The notes: generated from the sequence alone by a model not told the origin. Positions 1 to 11,203 are shown, counted from the whole stretch's first letter. The stretch: DNA of 63,361 nt, filler included, from Perkinsus olseni (GCA_013115125.1; 34 parts of 34 records of this genome joined end to end with filler, not necessarily neighbours in it), one strand, 5' to 3'. Program-made: numbers and translations.

Positions 1-1223
1 GATGATGCTGAGCGGAAATATAGCATTCCGGTGGTGTATGCCGACGTGATGCGAGTCGCATTGATCGATCCAATACTTCGAGTCGCTATGCATATACTAG
101 CTTCTGTTCTGGTTACCAAAGCTTGGTATTCAGGAGTTTCTTGTTTAGTTGAGATGGCTCGCGTTCATTGGAGGTCTATTAGGCTATTGCCGTTAGCGTA
201 ACGAGGTTTCTTCTAGTAGCTTATTCGATAACCACGCAGTTAGCGAGTAAACTACCATGAAATAATCCTCGGCGGTAGGTACACAACTGCACCATGAAGT
301 CGCGATGCGCGCTTATATGCATGAACATACATTAGAGCATCCTTTGATAACCCGAGTGCGGAATCGGAGCGCCCAGATAGCGAATGCTGCTCAGACAGGT
401 CAACATTCTATCCTTGAGATACAGGAAATCTCGAAAACAGCATCGTTTCTGGCAGAGACGATGCTGTTGTCGAGACCATTGTCAACTTATCTAAGGAGTC
501 GAAGGTATCGACTGCGAGAGCCGTATCGAGCTTATCACCAGCCTATGTTGTGGCAGCTGTCGTGAAAATACTGAACCTAGTGCGCTTTCTCACGACGTCC
601 GTAATAACGTCTTATAACATTGTTAAGGATTTTCGCGCGATTTTTTCGTCGGAATAATGTGCTTTAAGTAACATATTTGCAGATTTGCCTGGTCGTTGCC
701 GAGAAATCTCTGCGTGCCTCTATAAAGAGCACTTAGTCAGTTATTATTTCACTGTTATATGCCAGCGAGAGGTACCGAAGAGGTACATTTTCCCGGCGCC
801 ACATTTGCACTCACTCGCGTGTTTGAACGACTAGTATATCGGCGAGTTGAATGGCTGATAGAGCTTCCAGGCTACTTCCATGCCCACATCCCTGGCCAAG
901 GGTGCCATACTGCCGAAGCCGAATTGACAGGGGCAGTGTTGAATGCCCGAAGCTCGGGTCACGGAGGATGTGAGGCATTTTGCTTACGAGTGCGAGCGAT
1001 GGAAGAATCAACGGGGGGCATGATGAAGTGGACGCGTCACTAAAAGCAGTGATGAATCAAGCGCCAAGAAGAGTCCCCAGGGGCGAACTCAACAGGGCGA
1101 AATTACTCCCAGTGACAAGGAGAGTCAAAAAGAAGTCTGAAACGGAGGGATAGAAGACAGAGCCGACTGTACCAGCCAACCAGTAAGTCTGGGAGCTAGA
1201 GATGCAGAGGACAGTGACGGGAT

Positions 1224-1794
1224 GTGCGCCATTTAAGGTATGAGCGCCGCTCGCGTGAATCTAGGACTTGTGACATCGGGCATGGCCAACTGCTAACAAA
1301 ATCGCACAAGTTTACCGTGGGAATGGCTAACCTGGTGGGCCTCATCGAGAGCATGAAGTTGGATATTACCGTCGTGTGCGAATCCCAAATAGAGACTGAG
1401 GAGAGAATAGGCAACCATCGAGTCCTAAACGCAACCAGCAAGGGTATCAAAATCATTCTGTCCAAGAGAGCTTAGAATTCACTGATAAAATTGGACCGTG
1501 CATCAAGGAAGGATAATATCATGCCGCCTCTTCAGGAAACATTTCCGTATCACAGATATCCGAGTGTATTGGCCGGCCAACAACCGCAAAAAACAACCAG
1601 GATATTATGAGCGCTTCTGCGAAGAACTTGATACCGTCATATCCCGGGTCCCGGACCGGAACTCCCGGTGAGAGACATGCTACTCATATGTGGCGAATTC
1701 AACTGCACGGGGCCAAATCGAAAGCTCCTCGAGACATTAGCTCATATGAATGACTTATGCGCAGGCCAGTGGGACAAATTTGAACACCTATCGG
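1224..1794 (+). pseudogene. Non-LTR (LINE) retrotransposon AP-endonuclease relic
   Basis: APE motifs occur in order across stops and frameshifts: LDITVVCES (~DIi.lqET), SVYWP (~SVYAP), LLICGEFN (~ILGDFN). Confidence 0.7.
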
Positions 1795-1894
1795 NNNNNN
1801 NNNNNNNNNNNNNNNNNNNNNNNNNNNNNNNNNNNNNNTTAATTAATTAANNNNNNNNNNNNNNNNNNNNNNNNNNNNNNNNNNNNNNNNNNNN
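1795..1894. other. Artificial contig linker (first of 33, recurring about every 1.85-1.89 kb up to 61620)
   Basis: 44 N + TTAATTAATTAA (stops in all six frames) + 44 N. The intervening contigs shrink monotonically from ~1794 to ~1741 nt. Confidence 0.98.
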
Positions 1895-2534
1895 GCCTCC
1901 ATACACCTACACTCATCTCTCAGGAATCTTAGGGCATCCTAGCCGTATTACCGATGGCTCTCGATACCGTAGAAGGTGTGCTTGTAGCAACCACCGTGGC
2001 GTCGAAGGCTGCTGAGAACCCATCGACAGCGTTTCACTGCTGAGTGACTCCCTGAGGTAATCGATGCACCCGGGTTCGATCCCCGCGTACGACTTTTGCT
2101 ACCCACTAACTGATATCCTTTTGTTTGTAAACCTTCCCTAATGGAAGGTGTGATCATCTCCTTCAGACGAACTCCCCGCGATATCGGAAACATCGAGACA
2201 ACTAACTCAGTCCTTGCGTTGCTCCTATCTCCTCTTTCCCGCGTGCATCTATCCCCGAGAAGCTTCTCAGTCGTAGTGATGTTCGGAAAGACTTCCCCGC
2301 TGGAATACATGATTTCTCGATCGCAGTTCAAGACAGCATATGCCAGTGTCCAGTCAACCGCCCAGGACCGCCTTTTTTCATATAAGTATGAACTAGTTTT
2401 GGGATCCTTCCCTCTTGAAAAACTTGCATTTCCTCCCCCAACTTGCACGCCCCAAGATAGCGGTGATATTGATAAACCAACAAAGCCATTCTTATCGAAG
2501 TGGCAAGCAATAACAATGAACACAAAAGGTACAG

Positions 2535-3686
2535 CTATGATGAGTCGGCGGCCAGCTGGCCCTCCACTAATCCATACAGACGTGTCAGATGCTCTCCCTG
2601 ATGACGATGGGTGTCGCTCATTACTTGGATCACTTGATGCAACGGTGAGGCCACGCCTAAGTCCACCCTATCAGAATTATCGGCCGCGCGACCTATCAAC
2701 TCACCCTTCGTCTGCTGCTGTGAGGCGTTCTCGTGGGCCACGGCGACAGCCTCCATCTGGTTGAGTATCTTTGCCTGAGGCGGAGCGATGCACAATAGTG
2801 ATGATGATGGTGGTGACGCGCACGGACCTGGTTGACCTGCTGACTCTGTAGGCTCTTGATTAGCTGCAGTAAGTTGACCAATTGTGTCTTGGCCGCCGAG
2901 TCACCCACTTTTCGCTGAGAGGAAGACGAGAAGGATGGATGGAAGGATAGAAGGTTGAGACGAAACGCGTGATGCTAAGCCGCTGCTGGACACATTCTAT
3001 CGCTATCATGCGCATGCGCCAACCTGAATACCATCAACACTAATGCTCCTCACGGAATTGCCTCGAAAGAACGATCTGCTAAGAAGACCAGAGGAAAGGA
3101 AACAGAGAAGCCACCGAAGACGCGACCGGTGGGAGGATCGGAACAACCTTGCCGAGAGGAGCCTCAACTCACCCTTCCTCTTCTGGGCTTGCTCCCACGT
3201 CCACTACCAGCAGCAGCAGCAGCAGCAGCCGGTGCTTCTGCCGGGGTCTGCCATCATTAACTTCACAAAGTGCCAGCTCGCAGCCTCGACGCTACTACTA
3301 CCTCCTCGGTATTCCCAGTTTCAGGAGACCTCTCGACCGGCGTCATGGGAGAGTCTGCGTCAGCAGCGACAGTATCCACCGACATAGCAGAGGACGTCGG
3401 GTCCACGTCTCGGAGGACAACATAGTCCTCTGAAAGACACTCCCATACGCGGCGGCACCTCCGGTCATCCCCTTCTTACTGTATGAGAACTCTGGCTCAT
3501 CCAAAGGCTTCACGAATTTGACGCCGCTGTAGGCCGTGACCTCAACAATCTCGAATGCCTAGGGAGGACAATGACCGTGAAGGGAAGTGACGCCGTAGGA
3601 AAATGACGGTCCAACCCGGCTCCGAAAGCGACAGTAATTGCCGAGAGGAAGTCTCCAGGGATCTCACGCAGTTCCGACGACCTCAC
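2535..3686 (-). CDS. Multi-exon hypothetical gene, partial
   Basis: Short minus-strand GT..AG introns separate open segments (AFEIVEVTAYSGVKFVKPLDEPEF; EDYVVLRDVDPTSS; DSAAKTQLVNLLQLIKSLQ). No family recognised and boundaries are approximate. Confidence 0.35.
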
Positions 3687-3786
3687 NNNNNNNNNNNNNN
3701 NNNNNNNNNNNNNNNNNNNNNNNNNNNNNNTTAATTAATTAANNNNNNNNNNNNNNNNNNNNNNNNNNNNNNNNNNNNNNNNNNNN

Positions 3787-3856
3787 TTCCCTAACTCTAA
3801 AAACTGAATGCGTGAGCCCCGTTGAAAGTTTACCTGTCTTTAGATGGCGGGTACTG
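3787..3856 (-). mobile_element. Terminus of a putative Tc1/mariner-like DNA transposon inserted into the MULE transposase
   Basis: Exact reverse complement of 37361-37430. The minus strand reads TA|CAGTACCCGCCATCTAAAGACAGG... and the contig breaks inside it. Confidence 0.7.
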
Positions 3857-5565
3857 TACTCTCATGTACTTCTTCACAGCCTTGGGCGTGTTCGCATCTG
3901 TGATGATTGATCTTAGATAGCCGTCGTATGCCGTCTGATCTGGAGCAATCATAAGCTGGTCCGTAAGGACCCGAACCATTCCCTTCTGCTCCTGGGAGAG
4001 CTTGGCTTTCTGCGTCGCTTGGTTCCGATGGAACCGACATCTGTGTGTAAAGACAGCTGGCCCGAGGGCGGTTTTACAAGCTAGTAAACACCCCTTAGCA
4101 GCGTCCATGACCACAGCCACGATGGGAATGTCTGTGATCCTCCTTATGAAGGACTGTAGAGTGCGAAAAACAGTTTTCAAGCACTCGGAACTCTCAGAAC
4201 TTATCAGGGAGAAAGTCAGAGGAATGAGCGACGTTCGAATAACTGCGCCACCCACTCCAGTCCCAGGAGCAACTTTGCTAATCCCACAGGTGTATACACA
4301 GCAGTCGTTGCCCCTTGCGACCGAAGCTTGGCCATCGACGTATATAACGAATCCTCCTCCGTACTTCCTCAGATCCGAAGCGCAATTGTAGATGCTCTCG
4401 ACGGACAACGTCGACGCGATAGATATTACGAAACTGCCACCATTTGCTGGTAGATGATGCTCCAGCTTCACCACGCCAGGCCTGAGGGCCTCGCTGCGAT
4501 CCAGAATATTGAGAGCATCATCCCAGTCAAGGTCGGTCCATTCATACGGAGATAGCTCGGCGACGAACTCTCGAGCGGTATCGATCCGCCCTTTATTCTT
4601 CCTCTTAAAAAAGTTTGCCTTCAAATTCTTACAATACTCATATAGGTCTCGCCTTTTCTGCTTCTCCTCAGCAGACTCGGCTTGCGGCCCAAGCGGCGAC
4701 TCAACTTTGAAGAACTTGTTAAAAAGTTGAGTTGCAGTGGTTCGTCTCGACACTTCTAGCACTTGTAGCATGCGCTCTCGCAGCGAGTCAGGCACCCTAG
4801 TAGTTTTGTAAGAACTGCCAATGGACCCGCGCTCCGCACCATCATGATCCTTGTTGTTCCTGTAAACTTCGAGACGGAAATTGTGATTCTCACGGTTGAT
4901 AACAATGCGATACCGTACAGGACAACCGTCGTGCTGAACGCACTTCAAGTCTGCATAATTATTGGGCTTCGTGGGATATCTATGGTTGCAGATAGAGAGC
5001 ATAGCATTGTCAGTATCTCCGAAGCGAGCAGACACGCGCTGGCGAAGCCTTTGGATACCCCTAGTATCTTCTGGTTTCTCATCATTGTCCAGACGCAGGG
5101 AGCCCTGGAACTCCCAATTAGGCGGCCCCCATCGGCGCTTGATAGGTTCCGAGTCCTCTTCCGATGACATCGAAGAGAATGAAAGGGACTCGGTGTCTGA
5201 TGCATTGGAACAGGGATGGAGGGAGTCCCTTTGTTGGGTAGAAGCGGAACCTGAGCGGAGACGAAATGAGAAGGCGAACGAACAGGTTTTGGTCTACCTC
5301 CAGCTGCACCCGAGGCAACGGGAGGAGGATAAGTGCTTGCATATTCCGCGTGATCACTGTTCGGGCACTCCATTCGATTATATTCATCCCATGAAGAGTC
5401 CCACCATCTCCACTTCCCATACCAATTATCATAGTACCAGTAGCCTTTATCATCGGTTTTCCAGGAACTACACGAGTGGCTGGTATTGCTAGCAGGCGTA
5501 GAGCGACTCGAATCTATGCGTTCGTCAGCAAATCGACGAGAATAGATGGCAGAAGAGTCACTCAT
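3830..5565 (-). CDS. Mutator-like (MULE) DDE transposase, 2 exons (5565-5298, 5250-3830), C-terminally truncated by an insertion
   Basis: VIYVDG ... PLTFSLISSES ... VVMDAAKG ... HRCRFH match the MULE D, D and CxxH motifs. N-terminal C-x5-C...H is WRKY/FAR1-like. A 47-nt GT-AG intron (5297-5251) joins the upstream ORF in frame. Confidence 0.85.
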
Positions 5566-5677
5566 TTCGAGGGGGGGNNNNNNNNNNNNNNNNNNNNNNN
5601 NNNNNNNNNNNNNNNNNNNNNTTAATTAATTAANNNNNNNNNNNNNNNNNNNNNNNNNNNNNNNNNNNNNNNNNNNN

Positions 5678-6004
5678 CGAAGGTCAAGCGTGCTTTGAGC
5701 GCGTAAGTTTGGCGTTGTCTTTTGCTGTGCTCTTTATGAGTGTTGCCCTCTTCAGGTACTTCATATTCATGCAGAAGAATCGTCAGAAGATCATGGAAGA
5801 GAATGGCCTTCAGAGCCGAGATATCGGTGACATCGCTAAGAAGACGGGCGAGGCATGGAAGGCTGTACGTTGAGCATGCTTCGACCTTAGATACCTCTCA
5901 GTCCTTGTCTTTAGATGAGCGAGGAGGAGAAGGCCCCTTACACCAAGTTGGCTGATGAAGACAAGCAGCGTTATGAGCGCGAGAAGGCAGCCGCCGGTTC
6001 GTAA
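5678..6004 (+). CDS. HMG-box (NHP6/HMGB-like) protein, copy 1, 5'-partial; exons 5678-5702, 5756-5864, 5915-6004
   Basis: Spliced product KVKRALSAYFIFMQKNRQKIMEENGLQSRDIGDIAKKTGEAWKAMSEEEKAPYTKLADEDKQRYEREKAAAGS*. Introns are 53 and 50 nt, GT-AG. Confidence 0.93.
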
Positions 6005-6206
6005 AACCGTTCCAGTGCCGCTGTGTTGCATGCTAAGTTTCGTAACTTGCCGAAGATGATGACGTAGCAGCTCTAGTGGAGTAACCCCTAGTGGTTCCTA
6101 TCACTTCACGTCCCTAATTCAGTGGCGGTTACTGATTGTCTTTTCTGTTGCGTTTTCTGCTCGCTTTTGAGCGCTCTCTGGCAGTCTTCGGTGTTGCCCT
6201 TCACTG

Positions 6207-6616
6207 ATGGTTGCTGCCAAGAAGGCTTCTCCGAAGAAGTCAACGCCGACGAAGGTGAAGAAGGCATCTAAGAGCAAGAAGGACGATGGCAAGCCGAAGA
6301 TCAAAAGATCACTGAGCGCGTGAGTCTAGCGAGTTTTTGTTCCGTTCGCACTGTCATCGAGTTCAGATACTTCTTTTTCATGCAGAAGAACCGTGAGAGG
6401 ATAATGAAGGAGAGTGGTCTCGAGAGTAAGAATATTGGCGAGCTTGGCAAGAAGATGGGAGAGGCTTGGAAAGCAGTAAGCTTTCTGTTTTCATTTGTGC
6501 GTGTTGAATTTATTTTTTTTTCTTAGATGGACGCCAGGGAGAAAGCACCGTATGAGAAGTTTGCTCAGGAGGACAAGAAGCGTTATGAGCGCGAAAAGAA
6601 GGCCGCTGGCCTATAG
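6207..6616 (+). CDS. HMG-box (NHP6/HMGB-like) protein, copy 2, complete; exons 6207-6319, 6367-6475, 6527-6616
   Basis: Spliced product MVAAKKASPKKSTPTKVKKASKSKKDDGKPKIKRSLSAYFFFMQKNRERIMKESGLESKNIGELGKKMGEAWKAMDAREKAPYEKFAQEDKKRYEREKKAAGL*. Intron positions are the same as in copy 1. Confidence 0.94.
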
Positions 6617-7632
6617 ATTTTGTCAAGTATATTGCAGCTAATATGATGTAATCTGCTTTGATGGTACAGAAAGGCGATGTACCACTACGATCGAACCACA
6701 GGCTCGAACCAGTGGCAGTAGTCGTCATCAATCGAATGCCTCAAGTAACTCACTTGCCGCGGATGGTCGGAATAGATTCATCCTGAAAAGCAAATGCTTT
6801 ATTTACACACGCTAAAGCGGATCGATCACGGATACAGTTCTAACGTCGAGCTTGGGGTACCGCGTTTGGTATGGTACCTAGAACTAATCCGAGCCGGTGG
6901 AAGAGGGACAAGCTGCGCGGTGAGGTGCCTTTGTGTCCTCTCGAAACCAAAGGCAGCATCGGGTCTGAGAAGAGTTGCTTACCCCTCGATGGACACTGCA
7001 GGTTTACCGCTCCGGCAGAGTGAAGTGTTCATCGCCGATGAGTCATCGTTTCTCAATAACGCGAACTGCACTTGCTTGTTTCGCGGCGTATAATTCACGG
7101 ATAGACACGGTGCTAGCCTGAGCTTCCTATCAGAGGCTCTAAGAAGATAGGGGAGGAGTGAAACCAATGATGATGAAGCTGTGTGCCGTCCGCGAATGCT
7201 CAATGAGCGAGTGGACTACTGCGTGACTTTACGACTGGAGTCTGAGTTGATGCCAACTAGTAACGCGCGTTAAGGCCCCTAAATTCAGTTCCGTCAGTGT
7301 GAGTGTGCACGCGTGCCGGCACGAGCACTGCACGATGATAGGCACTTCCAACAAGATGAGACCCTCAATGTGGCTTGGGACTGGTTACTGCCAGATGACT
7401 GGTGGACAGTCCACCGTCGACTTGTGAGGGTGGCTTCGCTATGAGGACTCCCAGGAGAGATACTGNNNNNNNNNNNNNNNNNNNNNNNNNNNNNNNNNNN
7501 NNNNNNNNNTTAATTAATTAANNNNNNNNNNNNNNNNNNNNNNNNNNNNNNNNNNNNNNNNNNNNGGATTATACGACGCAATATAGAGACATCGCAAGAC
7601 AGCAAGATCACGATACTATAATCGCGTTACAC

Positions 7633-9261
7633 TTACAAGATGAAGCGACGCTTCTCCCCGATTCTGGTCGACCACGAGTCCAAGACCACATCTTTGTTTA
7701 CGAGGGAGACCTCGGCATAGGAATCAAACCCTGCGGTAAATGACTTCTCCGACCAACCCTCGAGACGGATCGTCGTGCGAGGGACGCGAACGGTCTTGGG
7801 GCATGCGACCTGCGGTGTGGCCATGAACTGAGGGACGCTGTCCGCCGCAGTGAGTGTAGGTTGTTGTTGAACAGGGGGTTCTCCACTGGACACCTTATTA
7901 GACTCCTTCTTGTCAGCATTCTCCACACCGCTCTTTGCCGGAGCCTCCTTTCCCTTGTTGGCAGGGTTAGATCGACATAGCTCAGCAGGGTGTCGCACAT
8001 TCTTCTTTCCACAGTGGGGACAGTCGTGCTTCTTGCCCTTGCTCTCCGTGTGAGTGGTGTTGTTGTTAGACTTCTTCCAAGCAGCCCATTCTTCCTTGGA
8101 CCACTTATTGTTGCTCTTCTCCTTGTTGTCGCCTGAGTTATCCCAGTCGTACTCGAACTCGTAGGATCTGGTGTTCAGACGCTCCACCAGGTGTAAGGCC
8201 GCCACTAAGTCGGGGTAGGTCATGTCGACCAAGTCCTTGTCCTTCTCACGGAGATGAGTGGCCAACCATTTCTTGTACTGAGGTTGAAGGCGTCGGCATA
8301 TACTGACCATACGAGCGTAGTCGCCCATGGGAGGTTGTCGCACAAAGAGACGGGCAGACTCCAACCTCTGGAAGCGTTCACCCTCTCTCAGTAGGAAGGC
8401 GCCGACGTACTCATCCTTCTTTTGACGGATGTCTTGCCATTGGTACTCCAAGTCGTCCAAGTTGTCCACGGAGAACTCTGAGCTTTGGATGGCAGTCAAG
8501 ACCAGATGAGTCAATGTCCGCCACAAGAAGCCATCGACAACCTCGGAAGCCAAGGCGATACTGCCTGGTAGGTCGGCCACTCGGTTAGGAGGAAAATCCT
8601 CAAACGATCCCTTCGTGTACCTTGGGTCGGAGACACTCTGCAGTAGAACTTCCATGTCGTGGTCATCGGCTGCCCTCAAGAAGGAGGTGCAGACCGCACG
8701 TAGGACCCTCCTTCTATTTGAGTTGGTGTCCTTGTGGTGGTACAGAATAATGGTCACCATAACAGTGATACCCCAACCTTGCAGGGTTGCCATGTTAGAG
8801 AGGTCCTTGAGGCCCTTGGTGGCATCGTTCTCGTCAAGAGCCTTGGCGATCTTGTCGTCGGCATCATACAGCTCCTTGACAGATGAAAACCAGTAGAGAT
8901 CCTTGCTTGACTTGGCTGCAAGGTTGCCAGCTTCAATGATGGTCATCATGGGATCATTGTCCACATTGCCAGGGTCGACTCCGGCAATTGCCGAGCACGC
9001 AGTACGTAGAGCTGTGCTGGTAGAGGAGGATGAGGATCGCAACCAGGAAAGTAGTCCCTTGGCAGCAGGGCCCGCGATACCCATAGGCGGATGCTGGGCA
9101 CGAGATCCCGAGGACGTACCCTTCGGTGCACCAGTGGAGCCGTTGTTCTCAATGGTGCCCTTGAAGTTAGAATTGGCAGCCTCGGTCTGGGAGAGGTCGT
9201 TCTGATTAGTAGGGGTTCCCCGGGGGGAAGTCTGACCAGGGTATTCTTCTCCGGCCATCAT
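7633..9261 (-). CDS. LTR retrotransposon gag plus start of aspartic protease
   Basis: 542-aa intronless ORF with helical gag-like region, zinc knuckle CPHC-x6-H-x4-C and protease motif AGFDSYAEVSLV. It is preceded by an LTR-like end ...CGCTACA. Confidence 0.78.
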   Translation of the reverse strand: MMAGEEYPGQTSPRGTPTNQNDLSQTEAANSNFKGTIENNGSTGAPKGTSSGSRAQHPPMGIAGPAAKGLLSWLRSSSSSTSTALRTACSAIAGVDPGNVDNDPMMTIIEAGNLAAKSSKDLYWFSSVKELYDADDKIAKALDENDATKGLKDLSNMATLQGWGITVMVTIILYHHKDTNSNRRRVLRAVCTSFLRAADDHDMEVLLQSVSDPRYTKGSFEDFPPNRVADLPGSIALASEVVDGFLWRTLTHLVLTAIQSSEFSVDNLDDLEYQWQDIRQKKDEYVGAFLLREGERFQRLESARLFVRQPPMGDYARMVSICRRLQPQYKKWLATHLREKDKDLVDMTYPDLVAALHLVERLNTRSYEFEYDWDNSGDNKEKSNNKWSKEEWAAWKKSNNNTTHTESKGKKHDCPHCGKKNVRHPAELCRSNPANKGKEAPAKSGVENADKKESNKVSSGEPPVQQQPTLTAADSVPQFMATPQVACPKTVRVPRTTIRLEGWSEKSFTAGFDSYAEVSLVNKDVVLDSWSTRIGEKRRFIL

Positions 9262-9451
9262 GATGGGTGGGGAAACAGCACTCGGTGGACGGAGGCCTCG
9301 CTCTATGCGGGGTACCTCACAAATGTAGCGGCCCGAGCGGGGAAGGACCCGNNNNNNNNNNNNNNNNNNNNNNNNNNNNNNNNNNNNNNNNNNNNTTAAT
9401 TAATTAANNNNNNNNNNNNNNNNNNNNNNNNNNNNNNNNNNNNNNNNNNNN

Positions 9452-11203
9452 AATAAGGCTGTTACTAGCTTCAACGGTATCAGTTGGGGTACACAATCCC
9501 TAGGCAACCTGTCGCGTAGCGAAGACAACACATGTCCGATGGAGCCGAGTTTTCAATTCTACGCAGTTGAAAAGCTTGGAGAACTTCTCGAACTTGAAGG
9601 GTCCTCACCTCGGCTCCGATGGCAACCCCTCGCTGTGTGCCGCCACTGTGACAGTCTTCCAACCTTAGATGGGCGTTTGTTATTCTCACCTGATGAACGC
9701 TGGTCACTTGACTCGGTAGAGAGAGTTAAGAAATGCAGACAGACCAGTCGTGCCATTGGCTTTCTCATACATAGCCCGTCACAGTGGTCCACGACCTGTG
9801 AATTCTGTACGAGAAATTCTCGAATTCTGAATTCTCATGAATTCATAAGAATTCTCGTCACGTAGTTCAGGACTACCAGTCTTCTGTTTTCTACTGGTGG
9901 TCACTAGTCCGCACACTGAAGAGAGATATGATATCTCTGATATACACTGATTTATCTACATATATCACGAGGAGCAGGGCTGTGCATCAGGAGCAAGTAA
10001 AACCCACATGTAACGTGCAGACTAGTATATAAGATCTTCACCTGTAAGTTCGCAAACAAGCTAGACGCTATCCTCCACACGAGAGACTTCGGCTTCTTGT
10101 CGTCCTGGGCCGACAGATGAAGGAAATCAAACACTTCGAGCGCTCTAGTTTTGTATCTGTTTAACAGATTCATACGTTGCCCCAATCAAACAGAGACACC
10201 TCACAGTTCGAATCAACTCTTACTCTTCCTTTAGCTGGATTTCCCTCTGCTCGTCCCATTGGCTGGTGGCCCTGGTGCGCAACACGATGATAATATCATC
10301 GATCGTAACAACAATCGGCTGAGACGCTAAAGATCTCCACGGAATCTTGATGCTTAGGACACCAACGTAACCTGAGATGGCCCATCTTCAACCTAAGATA
10401 CCGCCATTTATATACAGACGGCCATCAGCGTTGCGGACTTTCGTGTGATTTCCGGGCAGGCCAAGTTCCACCAGCGTGAGCTAGATGGGATTTATGGTCC
10501 TACCGCGATTTCAGATGAGCGTTGATTCGATCATTCCCGTGCCCCCTACGAGCAGGACGAATGTCGCTCTAAGTCAGGCCTCAAACTCGACAGGACAGGC
10601 GACGTCTCTGCCGCCGCATAGCCCCGAAAGTCCCAAAGGCTGAGACCTCCCATTCCTGTCCAATGGTGATTGCTCTGGCCTCCAATGTAAAATGAACCCC
10701 GCTCCTCACAGGCTGTACGACGCATTACGCATTACTACCGACTGCCACGTATACTCACAGTAGTGCGGAATCCAGATGATGTCACGCTAGTGAATCAACG
10801 ATAGGAAACCGTCGGTTTCCTATTATTGCTTTACTACCGTCGGTTTCAAACCGAACGACGAACGATAATTCTTTCCGCGAGATCATATCTGAACTCACCG
10901 ATAACAACCGTCACTGGGATTGACAAGAAGTCAAAAATATCCCGTTTCAGACGTAGTGCAGATAATGAAACCTGGCACAAAAAAATCGCGAAATAATCAT
11001 ATCAATAACTTCCCGCCCTCCCCGGCAACGAGGGAGGGACAAAAGAGATCGCAAATCCGAGGGGTGTCTGAGGTTACCTCTCCTTTGTCCAAAGATGCTT
11101 TCAACTGTGCTGGATCGACGTTATCAACGTAGCCGCTCAGGAAGTCCCGCAGGAAGGAGACGATGTACGAATTAGCGATACTAGACACTAGTCGGGTGAA
11201 CAT
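9452..11203 (-). CDS. VPS13: VPS13-family lipid transfer protein, chorein N-terminal region, 3'-partial; exons approx. 11203-11078, 10480-10402, 10371-10224, 10156-10042, 9689 onward
   Basis: Spliced peptides FLSGYVDNVDPAQLKASLDKGE / GYVGVLSIKIPWRSLASQPIVVTIDDIIIVL / SLVWRIASSLFANLQ / VRITNAHLRLED follow the chorein_N pattern in order with compatible intron phases. The exon 2 donor is uncertain. Confidence 0.88.

Noticed and set aside
1839..1850. Regularly spaced TTAATTAATTAA motif, and ORFs ending in X-runs or LIN
   Set aside because: Synthetic linker inside N padding; these ORFs and the ~1.87-kb periodicity are artefacts.
2068..2086. B-box-like CCCGGGTTCGATCCCCG
   Set aside because: No A-box or cloverleaf upstream.
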